Source of the DNA: an uncultured Spirochaetota bacterium
GTDB taxonomy: Bacteria; Spirochaetota; Spirochaetia; SZUA-6; CAVTHK01
Assembly: GCA_963734495.1 (NCBI GenBank)
Contig: CAVTHK010000011.1
Span: 160,001-224,000, forward strand
Length of the DNA: 64,000 bases
Direction: 5' to 3'
Shown here: positions 30,122-39,639 of the stretch, in pieces
How positions within the stretch are numbered: the stretch's first letter is position 1
How the letters are laid out: every line of letters starts with the position of its first letter
Position numbers and translations under genes: made by a program
The notes under the pieces: model-generated
Told to the model about the DNA's origin: nothing
Databases searched by the model: none
Seen by the model: the letters and a program-made list of their open reading frames with translations, nothing else

Positions 30122-31951
30122 ATGGCAGACGGGAGAACGACGGCCGTGCCGCGGGCGCGCGGCGCGCGCTGGAAGACCATCGTCACGCTTGCTTCCTATT
30201 TCTGGCCGGCCGGGCGGGTCGACCTCAAGGTCCGGCTCGTGCTTGCCCTGGCGAGCCTCGTGGCGGCCAAGGGGATCAACGTCTACGTGCCATTCCTCTA
30301 CAAGGGGATCGTCGATTCCCTCTCGGGAAAGACGGCGGTCCTCGTTCTGCCCCTGGGCATGATCGTCGCCTACGCGGCGGCGAGGCTGGTGCAGCAGATC
30401 TCAGCGGAGTTCCGCGACTTCATCTTCGTCCGCCCGGCGCAGCACGCGCAGCGCGCGATCGGGTTTGCCACGTTCCGGCACCTTCATGCGCTTTCGCTGG
30501 CCTTCCACCTCGACCGGCAGACCGGTCGCCTGTCGCGGACGATCGAGCGAGGCACCAACGCGCTCGACATGCTGGCCAGCCACATCCTCTTCAGCATCCT
30601 GCCGACGCTGCTCGAGGTGGCCCTGGTCGCCGGAGTGCTCCTGTACCGGTTCAACGCCGCGCTGGCTGCGGTCACGATCGCCACGACCGTCGCCTACGTG
30701 GCCTTCACCTTTGTCGTCACCGACTGGCGCACGAAGTTCCGGATCGAGACGAACCAGAAGGATTCCGAGGCGCACTCGCGGGCGATCGACAGCCTGCTGA
30801 ACTACGAGACCGTCAAGTATTTCGGCAACGAGGCGCACGAGCTCTCGCGCTTCGACACCGCCCTCGCCGGCTACGAGTCCGCGAGCATCAGGAGCCAGAC
30901 AAGCCTGTCGCTGCTGAACCTCGGGCAGGGCGCGATCATCGCGGTCGGGCTCGCCGCCGTCATGGCCATGGTGGCGAGCGGGGTCGTCGCGGGCAGGAAC
31001 ACGGTCGGCGACCTCGTCCTGGTCAACACCTTCCTGATCCAGCTCTACATCCCGCTCAACTTTCTCGGCTACATCTACCGCGAGGTCAAGCGCGGCCTGA
31101 TCGACATGGACGAGATGATCGCGCTGCTCGAGGTGAGCTCCGACGTCCGCGACCGTCCGGGGGCGAAGCCGCTGCCGCCCGGCCCCGGCGGGATCGAGTT
31201 CGACGGCGTGAGCTTCGGGTACAACGGGGACCGAGTCGTGCTCAGGGACGTGAGCTTCCGCGTGCCCCCCGGCCGCACGGTGGCCATCGTCGGTCCGAGC
31301 GGCGCCGGCAAGTCCACGATCTCGCGGCTGCTGTTCCGGTTCTACGACGTGACCGGGGGCTCCATCCGCATCGACGGCAGGGACATCCGGGACGTCACTC
31401 AGGCGTCCCTGCGCGCGGCGATCGGGGTCGTGCCGCAGGACACGGTGCTCTTTAACGACACCATCGGGTACAACATCGCCTACGGCCGTCCCGGCGCTGG
31501 CGAGCGGGAGATCAGGCGGGTCGCCGGGCTCGCGAAGATCCAGACGTTCGTCGAGGGGCTGCCGAAGGGCTACGACACCCCCGTCGGCGAGCGCGGCCTG
31601 AAGCTCTCGGGCGGCGAGAAGCAGAGGGTGGCGATCGCGCGCACTATCCTCAAGGACCCCGCCATCCTCCTGTTCGACGAGGCGACGTCCGCCCTGGACT
31701 CGCACACGGAGAAAGAGATCCAGGCGTCGCTCAAGGAGGTGTCGGAGAACCGTACGACGCTGATGATCGCGCACCGACTTTCGACGGTGGTCGACGCCGA
31801 CGAGATCCTCGTGCTCGACGAAGGGCGGATCGTCGAGCGGGGCACGCACGAGGAGCTGATCGCCCGGGGCGGGCCATACGCCTCGATGTGGGCGCGCCAG
31901 CAGGCCGCCCGCGAGTACCAGTCCCGGCTCGAGACGGTGCTCGACCGCTGA
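30122..31951 (+). CDS. Atm1/ABCB7/HMT1-like ABC exporter (fused TMD-NBD)
   Basis: HLHALSLAFHLDRQTG, AIDSLLNYETVKYF, QLYIPLNFLG, GPSGAGKST, LSGGEKQRVAIAR, DEATSALD. TATACT lies just upstream of the ATG. Confidence 0.93.
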   Translation: MADGRTTAVPRARGARWKTIVTLASYFWPAGRVDLKVRLVLALASLVAAKGINVYVPFLYKGIVDSLSGKTAVLVLPLGMIVAYAAARLVQQISAEFRDFIFVRPAQHAQRAIGFATFRHLHALSLAFHLDRQTGRLSRTIERGTNALDMLASHILFSILPTLLEVALVAGVLLYRFNAALAAVTIATTVAYVAFTFVVTDWRTKFRIETNQKDSEAHSRAIDSLLNYETVKYFGNEAHELSRFDTALAGYESASIRSQTSLSLLNLGQGAIIAVGLAAVMAMVASGVVAGRNTVGDLVLVNTFLIQLYIPLNFLGYIYREVKRGLIDMDEMIALLEVSSDVRDRPGAKPLPPGPGGIEFDGVSFGYNGDRVVLRDVSFRVPPGRTVAIVGPSGAGKSTISRLLFRFYDVTGGSIRIDGRDIRDVTQASLRAAIGVVPQDTVLFNDTIGYNIAYGRPGAGEREIRRVAGLAKIQTFVEGLPKGYDTPVGERGLKLSGGEKQRVAIARTILKDPAILLFDEATSALDSHTEKEIQASLKEVSENRTTLMIAHRLSTVVDADEILVLDEGRIVERGTHEELIARGGPYASMWARQQAAREYQSRLETVLDR

Positions 31952-31992
31952 GGTCGCCGAGCGGCGGCAGCGCGGGGCCGGCAGCCGCGGCG

Positions 31993-32871
31993 CTACTGCC
32001 GGTAGCCGTACCGGCGCTCGAGCGCGAGGAGCGCGGTGATCATCGCGGAGGCGATCACCAGCAGGATCCACGCCATCGTCGACGCGTACCCCATCTTGAA
32101 GTACTGGAAGGCGTTCTGGTAGAGATACAAAGAATAGAACAGCGTCGAGTTCTCTGGGCCGCCCTGCGTGATGATAAAGGATTCCGCGAACGACTGGAAG
32201 ATGCCGATCACGTACAGCACCACGTTGAACAGGATCACGGGCGAGAGCAGCGGGATCGTGATGCGGAACGTGCGCTGGAAGAAGCTGGCGCCGTCGATCG
32301 CCGCGGTCTCGTAGAGGGACTCGGGGATGTCCTGCAGGCCCGCCAGGTAGATGATGACCGCGCCTCCGGAGGTCCAGAGGAACATCATGATAAAGGCGGG
32401 CTTCGCGAGCCTGGGGTCCGCGAGCCAGCCCGGGCCCTTGATCCCGACGTACGAGAGGGCCGTGTTGAGCAGGCCGGACTGAGGCTGAAGCATCCACACC
32501 CAGAGGATGCACAGGATGACGAGGGGCACCAGGGTCGGGATAAAGAAGACCACCCGGTAGAAGGGTATGCCGGGTATGCGCTTGTTGTTCAGGATGATGG
32601 CGATCGTGATCGTGACCAGCGTGATCACGGTCGTCCCGACGCCGATCATGTACAGCGTGTTCGCCAGCGCCTTGCGGAACACGTCGTCGGAGCCGATCAG
32701 CTCGATGTAGTTCTGCAGCCCGCGGAAGACCGGGGCGTCGATCACCGTGTACTTCGTGAACGAGTAGTACAGCGAGCTGAAAATCGGGAACGCTGTGAAA
32801 ACGAGGAAACCCACGGCCCACGGCGAGATGAACAGGAGCCCGTTGACCAGATTCCTCCGCTCCTGCCGCAT
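31993..32871 (-). CDS. Carbohydrate ABC transporter permease (MalF/UgpA type)
   Basis: LFISPW, EAA-like loop YLAGLQDIPESLYETAAIDGAS, GGPENST, MGYAS. Confidence 0.93.
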   Translation of the reverse strand: MRQERRNLVNGLLFISPWAVGFLVFTAFPIFSSLYYSFTKYTVIDAPVFRGLQNYIELIGSDDVFRKALANTLYMIGVGTTVITLVTITIAIILNNKRIPGIPFYRVVFFIPTLVPLVILCILWVWMLQPQSGLLNTALSYVGIKGPGWLADPRLAKPAFIMMFLWTSGGAVIIYLAGLQDIPESLYETAAIDGASFFQRTFRITIPLLSPVILFNVVLYVIGIFQSFAESFIITQGGPENSTLFYSLYLYQNAFQYFKMGYASTMAWILLVIASAMITALLALERRYGYRQ

Positions 32872-32878
32872 GGTCGCC

Positions 32879-33736
32879 CTACCCCTTGATCCCGGACATC
32901 GCGATCCCCTGGATAAAGTATTTCTGGAGCAGGAAGAAGAGGATCAGGACCGGCACGGTCATCAGCACGCCCAGGGTCAGCAGCATGTCCCACCGCGGGT
33001 CGAGGGCGTGCATGATCTGCTGCGCCCCGAGGGAAAGCGTGTACAGCTTGTTGTCCGTGAGAAAGATCAGCGGCCCCGTGAAATCGTTCCAGCTCCTCAG
33101 GAACGAGAAGATGACCACCGTCGCCACAGCCGGCCTGGCCAGCGGGAGCACGACGCGGCGGTAGATCATGAACTCGCTCGCTCCGTCGATCTTGGCGGCG
33201 TACGAGAGCTCGTTCGGGATCGACATGTAGAACTGGCGCAGGAGGAATATGAAGAACGCGTTGCCGAAGAACCCGGGCACGGTGAGCGGCAGGAACGTCC
33301 CGATCCAGTGGAAGCTGTGGAACATGATGAACAGAGGGATCATCACGACCTGGAACGGCAGGATCATCGTCCCGAGCACGATGAGGAAGACCCTGTCGCG
33401 CCCTTTCCACTCGATCTTCGAGAAACCGTAGGCGACGAGGGTGTTGGCGAGCACCGCGCTCACGATGTTCGTGATCACCAGGATCATCGTGTTCCGCAGG
33501 TCCAGGAGAAAGGGGAACTCGCCGAGCACCTTGACGTAGTTGTGCCACTGCGGGACCTTCGGGAGCCACTGCATGGGCTGCACGAAGAGCTCCGCCGGCA
33601 CCTTGAGGGAGCTGACGGCCATCCACACGAACGGCACGATGTAGGCGATCGAGAGCAGGACCAGCACGAGCGTCGTGGCGACGATCTCGCCCCGCTCCAT
33701 GTAGACCGCCCGCTTGTTCCTTCTGCCTCTTACCAC
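32879..33736 (-). CDS. Carbohydrate ABC transporter permease (MalG/UgpE type)
   Basis: IFLLRQFYMSIPNELSYAAKIDGASE, WNDFTGPLIF, QKYFIQG. Alternative start at ATG 33700. Confidence 0.93.
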   Translation of the reverse strand: MVRGRRNKRAVYMERGEIVATTLVLVLLSIAYIVPFVWMAVSSLKVPAELFVQPMQWLPKVPQWHNYVKVLGEFPFLLDLRNTMILVITNIVSAVLANTLVAYGFSKIEWKGRDRVFLIVLGTMILPFQVVMIPLFIMFHSFHWIGTFLPLTVPGFFGNAFFIFLLRQFYMSIPNELSYAAKIDGASEFMIYRRVVLPLARPAVATVVIFSFLRSWNDFTGPLIFLTDNKLYTLSLGAQQIMHALDPRWDMLLTLGVLMTVPVLILFFLLQKYFIQGIAMSGIKG

Positions 33737-33813
33737 TTGATTTGTTGGCTCCGGGACCCGGACGCGCGGCCGGAGGCGGCCGATGCCGCTCCGGCGCGCG
33801 TTCCCTGGCCGCG

Positions 33814-35133
33814 CTACTGCGCCAGCATCTTCTCGAACTTGCTCTGCAGCGCCTGCAGCAGCGGCAGGGGGTCCTTGTTGCTGTAGATCACCTCGTCACG
33901 CAGCGCGTTGAGGTCGTTTCCGAGCTGCGCGCTCACTTTCGTCAGCGCGGGGTGGCCGGAATTGGGCGAGTTCGCGAGCTCGCGCTCCAGCTTGTAGACG
34001 GGGTCGCCCTTGATCGTCCAGCTCACCTCGTCGAACTGCTTGTCGTTCGTGGGGATCGACCGCCAGATGTCGAAATCGTTCGCCAGGATCTGGGTGGTCT
34101 CGCCGAAGTTGAAGAAGCGGATCGCGAGGCCCGGATGCTTCGCCCCCTTGGGCAGGCCGTATACGTTGGAGTTGAACACGGTGCCGCCGACCCTGCCGCC
34201 GGACGGAGCCGGCACTTTGGCGACCGTGTACTCCACGTTCGGGGCGTAGATCCGCAGGGCGTTGGTGAACCAGTTGCCGTTGACGTCCATTCCGATCTTG
34301 CCCGTCATGAACGAGTGATCGGGGGAGAACAGCGCGCCGAATCCGGAGACGAAGGTCTTGATCTCGGTGGGGCTGCGCTTCTGAGCGTACTTCGCCATCC
34401 AGCGGTAGACGTCCACCATCGGCTGGTCCGAGACAGACAGCTTGTTCGCCTTGCCGTCGTAGATCGTGGAGCCGAACATCCAGGGCCAGTAGAAGGCCTG
34501 CCCGCCGTAGTCGAGCCACGGCAGGAAGCCGAACCTCTCGATGCCCGACCCGCTCATCCGGTCGACCTTGCCGGCCATCGCGTCGAGATCGGCGATCGTG
34601 GCGGGCGGCCTGGCGGGGTCCAGCCCCGCTTCGCGGAACATCCTGGAGTTGATGAACAGCAGGATGACATTGGAGTCAGCGGGCAGCAGGTAGGTCTTGC
34701 CCTGGTACTGAGTCACGTCCTTCATTCCGGGCAGCAGGTCCTTGACCTGCAAGGTGAGGCGGCTCGCGTAGGGGTCCCACGGCTGGAAGGTCCCGTTTGC
34801 CGCAAACGAATAGGCCGCGCTCGCGTTGGAGGCGAGCACCAGGTCCGGCGGATCGCCGCCCGCGACGGCCGCCAGCAGCTTGCCGCTGCCCATGCCCGCG
34901 TCGGGCACGAAGACCACGTTGACCTTGACATCGGGGTTCGCCTTTTCGAACTCCCCGATCCGCCACTGGTCCCACTTGGCGGAGTCGCCGCCGAACGGAG
35001 ACCAGTAGGTGAGCGTTCCACCCTTCTCGTCGGTCGCCGCCGCCTCCTTGCCCCCCGAAGCCAGCACGGGGTAGGCAAGCAGGACGAGCAGCAGGCCTAA
35101 ACTCGCAGCGGTAGCCCTTCGCCTCCAGGCCAT
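33814..35133 (-). CDS. Carbohydrate ABC substrate-binding protein (family 1)
   Basis: GAGGAGG RBS; signal peptide ending VLA-SGGKE; FEKANPDVKV, AGGDPPDL, FMTGKIGM..NGNW. Confidence 0.9.
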   Translation of the reverse strand: MAWRRRATAASLGLLLVLLAYPVLASGGKEAAATDEKGGTLTYWSPFGGDSAKWDQWRIGEFEKANPDVKVNVVFVPDAGMGSGKLLAAVAGGDPPDLVLASNASAAYSFAANGTFQPWDPYASRLTLQVKDLLPGMKDVTQYQGKTYLLPADSNVILLFINSRMFREAGLDPARPPATIADLDAMAGKVDRMSGSGIERFGFLPWLDYGGQAFYWPWMFGSTIYDGKANKLSVSDQPMVDVYRWMAKYAQKRSPTEIKTFVSGFGALFSPDHSFMTGKIGMDVNGNWFTNALRIYAPNVEYTVAKVPAPSGGRVGGTVFNSNVYGLPKGAKHPGLAIRFFNFGETTQILANDFDIWRSIPTNDKQFDEVSWTIKGDPVYKLERELANSPNSGHPALTKVSAQLGNDLNALRDEVIYSNKDPLPLLQALQSKFEKMLAQ

Positions 35134-35254
35134 TTCCGCCTCCTCATCTGCAGATGCGGACTTACCACGCAAGCTCACGGCTTGCTCGAAACGCTGTGTG
35201 CTTTTCCGCGGCCGGCCCGGGCCAAAGATCGCTTGCGGGCCGGCGCGGTGGAAG

Positions 35255-36586
35255 TTACTTGAGAATCGTGTCGACGGCCGAGGTCATGTCCCTGCCCGCC
35301 TGCTCCGGGGTCTTCTGCCCCAACAGGACCTTCTGAAGCTCCTTGATGATGAGCGGAGACGCTTCGCCCCACTTTGCCGTCTTCGGGGTCAGCCTGCCCT
35401 TGAGCGCCGCCTTGAGGATCTCCTGATGCTGCGGCTGGTTCCAGGGCGCAGCCAGGGACCAGGCGCCAATGACCGACGGCTCGACCGCGTCGAGCGTGGA
35501 CTGGACGTCGGGCTTCGCGAACCACAGCAGGTAGTCCACGGCCTCGTTCTTGTGCTTTGCGGACACGGGGATCGTGTACGACCATCCGCCGGTCCGGTTG
35601 AACCCGCTCGGCGCCTGCACGAGGTCCCACTGGAGCCCCGGGACCTTTTTGAAAGCGTCGATCCCGTTGACGCCGAAAGGCAGCATCGCCACCTTGTTCG
35701 CGGAGAACAGCGGCACCACGTCCCTCGACACGGTGTAGTTGATGCTGCCTTCGGGGACCACCTTGTACTTGGTGTAGAGCTCCGTCCAGAACGTGATCGC
35801 CTTGATCGCTTCCGGCGTGTTCATCGTCGTCCTGGTGGCTTCGGCGTTCATGAAATCCCCGCCGAACGCCCACAGCACCGGGCCGAACGACGTCCAGACG
35901 TTGTTCGGGTCGCTCAGATCGGCCGCGATGCCGACCCCGTACTTCTGTCCCGGCACCGTGATCTTGCGCGCTTTGGCGAGCAGGTCATCGTACGTCCAGC
36001 CTTCCCTGGGGTAGGCTTCGCCCACGTCGTCGTACATCTTCTTGTTGTAGAAGTACACGCTGGCCGAGGCCCGGTTCGGCATGCCGTACAGCTTGCCCTG
36101 GAAGTGGCTGTAGTCCCACGGGATCTTCACGAAGTCCGAAGCCTTGAGCTTCGACTCCACGTCGGCGGTGATGTCCGTGAGCAGATTCTTGCCCACAAAC
36201 GTCGCGATCTGCGTGAAGTCGATGTCGAGAATGTCCGGCGGGCTGCCGGCCAGGATTGCCGCGACCGCGTTGTCCACGTACCCGTTGATCGGCAGCAGGT
36301 CGGGCTTGAGCGTGTACTTCGGGTAGAGCTTGGCGAACTCCTTGACGATCAGCGGCGCCTTCTCGTTCCACCAGCTGCCCATCCACACCGTGAGCTCCGT
36401 CGGCCCGGATACGGCCGGAGCCGAGGCGCCCTCTTTGGTGCCTTCGGCCATCACCGCAACCCCCGCGGCCATGGACAGCACGACCACAAGTGCGAAAACG
36501 GGTGCGGTCCGCCGCGCCCGGACTTGCCGCTTCGGCGTCGGCAGCTGCCTGCCCGGCCTGCGACGGCCTGCTGGAACCTTCTTCAC
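35255..36586 (-). CDS. Second carbohydrate ABC substrate-binding protein (family 1)
   Basis: Signal peptide ending MA-EGTKE; AGSPPDI, GKLYGMP, FYNKKMYD, WTYDD, F..NKVAM. Confidence 0.9.
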   Translation of the reverse strand: MKKVPAGRRRPGRQLPTPKRQVRARRTAPVFALVVVLSMAAGVAVMAEGTKEGASAPAVSGPTELTVWMGSWWNEKAPLIVKEFAKLYPKYTLKPDLLPINGYVDNAVAAILAGSPPDILDIDFTQIATFVGKNLLTDITADVESKLKASDFVKIPWDYSHFQGKLYGMPNRASASVYFYNKKMYDDVGEAYPREGWTYDDLLAKARKITVPGQKYGVGIAADLSDPNNVWTSFGPVLWAFGGDFMNAEATRTTMNTPEAIKAITFWTELYTKYKVVPEGSINYTVSRDVVPLFSANKVAMLPFGVNGIDAFKKVPGLQWDLVQAPSGFNRTGGWSYTIPVSAKHKNEAVDYLLWFAKPDVQSTLDAVEPSVIGAWSLAAPWNQPQHQEILKAALKGRLTPKTAKWGEASPLIIKELQKVLLGQKTPEQAGRDMTSAVDTILK

Positions 36587-36771
36587 GTGCCTCTCCTTGA
36601 GTCGTTTCCCCGAGATTCTCCACCCGCCTGCACGGAAGGTATTGCCGCGGCGAAGCCGCAGTCAAACCGGCACGAGGCGGCGCGGCGGCCAATCGCCGGA
36701 ATCCGCCGGATGGAGGAGGCGACGGTCGTGACCCGTCGGCGGAGCGGTGGCCCGCAGGCGCGAGCAGACTG

Positions 36772-38988
36772 TTACGCCCGCGGCGGGAACGCGGCGACGA
36801 GCGCGGCGAGGACCGCGTCGGCGCGCTCGGCGTCTTCGACGGTGAACACGTTCAGGTTGTCCATGGCGCGGGTCATGCCGACGTAGACGAGGTTGCGCAC
36901 GAGGCGGTCGCCCTGCGTCTCGTCGAGGTGCTCGCGGCGGGGCAGGTAGGGCAGGTACATCAGCACCACGGGAAAGTCGAGCCCTTTGCTCGAGTGCAGC
37001 GTCGAGAGTCGCACCCGGCCCGCATCGCGAAAGGTGAAGGGCTCCTCGGTGATGTCGACCCCCTCCCAGCCCGCGGCGGCGAGCGCGGCGAGCATCGGCG
37101 CCATCTCCAGGTTGCGGGGCACGAGCACGCAGACGTTGTCGGCCTCGTAGCCGAGGGGGCCGACGAAGAGGAGCAGCTTTTCCACCAGGAGCCTGCGCGC
37201 TTCCTCCGCATCGGCGGCCAGGTACAGCTCGGGCGCCGGTCCTTCGCGAAAGGCGAACGGCCGGCTCTCGCCTTCCCACCCGAGGCCCGCGGAGCGCTCG
37301 CGGAACCGCTCGGCCAGCGCGTGGATCTGCGCGGTGTTGCGGAAGTTGGTCCGCAGCACGCGCGTGACGCCGCGCATCGACAGGCCCGCCCGGCCGAACG
37401 GCGACGCGGCGTTGTAAAGGCTCTGGTCGGAGTCGGCCGCCATCACGATGGACGCGCGCGTAAGCTCGCGCAGGATCGCGAGCGCGGCCGGCGTGAGGTC
37501 CTGCGCTTCGTCGAGAAAGAGGTGGCTGATGTCGCGCAGGCTCCGGTCCCCGGGGTGCGCTCGCAGGTGCTCGAGCAGCTTGAGACGCCCGTAGCCCGTC
37601 GTGTACACGCGGCGCGCCTCCATCTCGGCCGCGATCTCGTCGCGCACGCGCCAGACCTCCTCGCGCTGCCGCCGCGTCAGGCGCCGCCGCATCCCTTCGC
37701 GAAGGATGATCTCCTCCACGTACTCCTGCCGCGTGAGCGCCCACCCGAACAGCAGCGTCTCGATCTCCGCGCGCAGCTCCTCGGGCGTGAGGAACGCGGG
37801 CGCCCGCTCGGGGGTAACGAGCTTGTCGAGCAGCGCGAAGTCGTACACGACCCCGGGCTCGATGGTCTGGAGCTTCTCGAAGAACAGGGCATCCACCGTC
37901 GCAATGACCTCGAGCGGAACGTCGAGTCCCATGATCTCCGCGATGTAGCGATCGTACCTGACAAGAGTACGGGTGAAGGTAATCAGCACCGCGCGCTCGC
38001 CCTGACCGAAGTCGAGGGCGTGCTGCCTGGCGGCGCGCCTGAGCGATTCCAGCAGGACCAGCGATTTGCCCGTGCCGGGCCCCCCGCGGATCAGATAGGT
38101 CCCGTGAAGCCTCACCGCCTGGGCGGCCTCCTCCTGCTCCGGGGTCAGTTGCGCGAGCGAGCGCTCGTAGTCCATGCGGGTCCGCGTGTACACGGAGAGG
38201 CGGCCGAGGTAGCGGAGGTAGCGCTCGAGCTGGTCGAACTCGGCGAGCCGGCCGAGCAGTCGGTTGCGCTCCTGCGCCAGGGCGTTGCGCTCGCGCCGCA
38301 GCTCGTCCAGCCGCTCGTGCCTCCGGTCGGCGACGCCGCGCGCTTCGGCGAGCGCGCGGTCCGAGGCCGCGACCTGCGCCTGCAGCCCCTCGAGCTCGGC
38401 CGAAAGCTCCTCGTACTGCGCGCGCTGGCCGAGCAGGTCCTTGTTGCTCGCGGCGAGGCGCTCGATCTCCGACTGCAGGCCGCGGATTACGGCGCCCTGC
38501 TCGAGCGGCGTGGCGCGCTGCTTCCAGGCGTCGAGGTGCTTCTCGAGCAGGCCGAGGGCGGCGCAGCGGTCGAGGTCCGCCAGCCGGCAGAAGGTCAGGA
38601 ACAGGTGGGTGGCGGCCACGGCCTCCTCGGGGTCCAGCGCCTCGAAGGCGTGGCGCACCTTGTTCGCAAAGACGTGCTGATGACCGAGGCGGCCCAGGCA
38701 GGAGAGCCCCTCGATGAACGCGTCGCCGCGGGAGTCGAGCAGCTCGTTGCGGAACGCCCAGGTGAGCTCGCCGAACTCGGGTCCTGCGCCGTAGCCCTTC
38801 TCGTAGCGCAGCCAGTATTCGACAAAGCTGTGCAGCGCCAGGACGTAGAAGCCCTCGTCCGTGCCGATCATGCGCGTGAGGCGCTCGAGCTTGGCCTCGA
38901 TCGGCTCGCGAGCCGGGGTCTGCTCCGAGGGTGATTGCCGCGGATCGTGGCTCGTTTCGCGCACAGGCTGCCTCCGCGCCGGCTCCAT
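36772..38988 (-). CDS. SF1 (UvrD-like) helicase with an N-terminal HEPN-like helical domain and coiled coil
   Basis: LTPEQ Q-motif, GGPGTGKS, LDEAQD, DSDQSLY, NFRNT, STLHSSKGLDF, LVYVGMTRA. N-terminal FYVLALHSFVE...ANKVRHAF followed by a ~100 aa heptad region. Start uncertain (38988 or 38871). Confidence 0.85.
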   Translation of the reverse strand: MEPARRQPVRETSHDPRQSPSEQTPAREPIEAKLERLTRMIGTDEGFYVLALHSFVEYWLRYEKGYGAGPEFGELTWAFRNELLDSRGDAFIEGLSCLGRLGHQHVFANKVRHAFEALDPEEAVAATHLFLTFCRLADLDRCAALGLLEKHLDAWKQRATPLEQGAVIRGLQSEIERLAASNKDLLGQRAQYEELSAELEGLQAQVAASDRALAEARGVADRRHERLDELRRERNALAQERNRLLGRLAEFDQLERYLRYLGRLSVYTRTRMDYERSLAQLTPEQEEAAQAVRLHGTYLIRGGPGTGKSLVLLESLRRAARQHALDFGQGERAVLITFTRTLVRYDRYIAEIMGLDVPLEVIATVDALFFEKLQTIEPGVVYDFALLDKLVTPERAPAFLTPEELRAEIETLLFGWALTRQEYVEEIILREGMRRRLTRRQREEVWRVRDEIAAEMEARRVYTTGYGRLKLLEHLRAHPGDRSLRDISHLFLDEAQDLTPAALAILRELTRASIVMAADSDQSLYNAASPFGRAGLSMRGVTRVLRTNFRNTAQIHALAERFRERSAGLGWEGESRPFAFREGPAPELYLAADAEEARRLLVEKLLLFVGPLGYEADNVCVLVPRNLEMAPMLAALAAAGWEGVDITEEPFTFRDAGRVRLSTLHSSKGLDFPVVLMYLPYLPRREHLDETQGDRLVRNLVYVGMTRAMDNLNVFTVEDAERADAVLAALVAAFPPRA

Positions 38989-39067
38989 TCTATAGCGGTT
39001 AAGGCTGCAGATCGAACGCGGGTCCGGGCGGGGCAGGCGCCGTCGGCTCCGGCTCCCCGAAGACATA

Positions 39068-39096
39068 TTGACAGTGACACTGTCACTGTATATAAT
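39068..39096 (+). promoter_or_regulatory. Consensus sigma70 promoter with an embedded perfect palindromic operator
   Basis: TTGACA (39068-73), 17 nt, TATAAT (39091-96); ACAGTGACA-C-TGTCACTGT at 39071-39089. Confidence 0.88.
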
Positions 39097-39102
39097 CATC
39101 GT

Positions 39103-39639
39103 GTGGAAGGGCAGATGACGATCCAGGAGCTCAGCCGGCGGTCCGCCGTTCCGGTCCGGACAGTGCGCTACTACATCGGCGAAGGGCTGCTGCCCAGCGC
39201 CGAAGGGCGCGGCCGCGCCGCGAGCTACACGCAGGATCACCTGCTGCGGCTCGAGGTCATCCGGAAGCTGGTCGAGCTGCGGGTGCCGCTCAGCGACATC
39301 CGCGGCCAGCTCGGGTCGCTCTCGACGCCGGAGCTGCAGAGGATGCTTGCGGAGGAGCGGCGGCGCAGCGCCGGCGAGGAGCAGGCCAGGGCGCGGTCGC
39401 CGCGCGACTACGTGAGCTCGCTGCTCACCCGGGCGCACGCCGAGCGGAGCCCCGATGGGTTGGAGTCGCCGGCGCCGGTCCAGCAAGCGCAGGGCGGCGA
39501 GACCTGGCGCAGGTTCGTCCTGGCGCCGGGCGTCGAGCTGCACGTATCCGCCGCCGCGCAGCGCCGCGAGCGGGATCTGATCGAGGTTCTGCGGGTCGCG
39601 GCGCGCAGCGAACAGGCAACGGGAGGAGGAGACTCATGA
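39103..39639 (+). CDS. MerR-family HTH transcriptional regulator
   Basis: MTIQELSRRSAVPVRTVRYYIGEGLLP...YTQDHLLRLEVIRKL; C-terminal WRRFVLAPGVELHV. Start is GTG 39103 (leaderless) or ATG 39115. Confidence 0.9.
   Translation: MEGQMTIQELSRRSAVPVRTVRYYIGEGLLPSAEGRGRAASYTQDHLLRLEVIRKLVELRVPLSDIRGQLGSLSTPELQRMLAEERRRSAGEEQARARSPRDYVSSLLTRAHAERSPDGLESPAPVQQAQGGETWRRFVLAPGVELHVSAAAQRRERDLIEVLRVAARSEQATGGGDS

Noticed and set aside
38989-39543. N-terminal extension making the helicase 923 aa
   Set aside because: Overlaps the merR gene and its promoter on the other strand; low-complexity translation.
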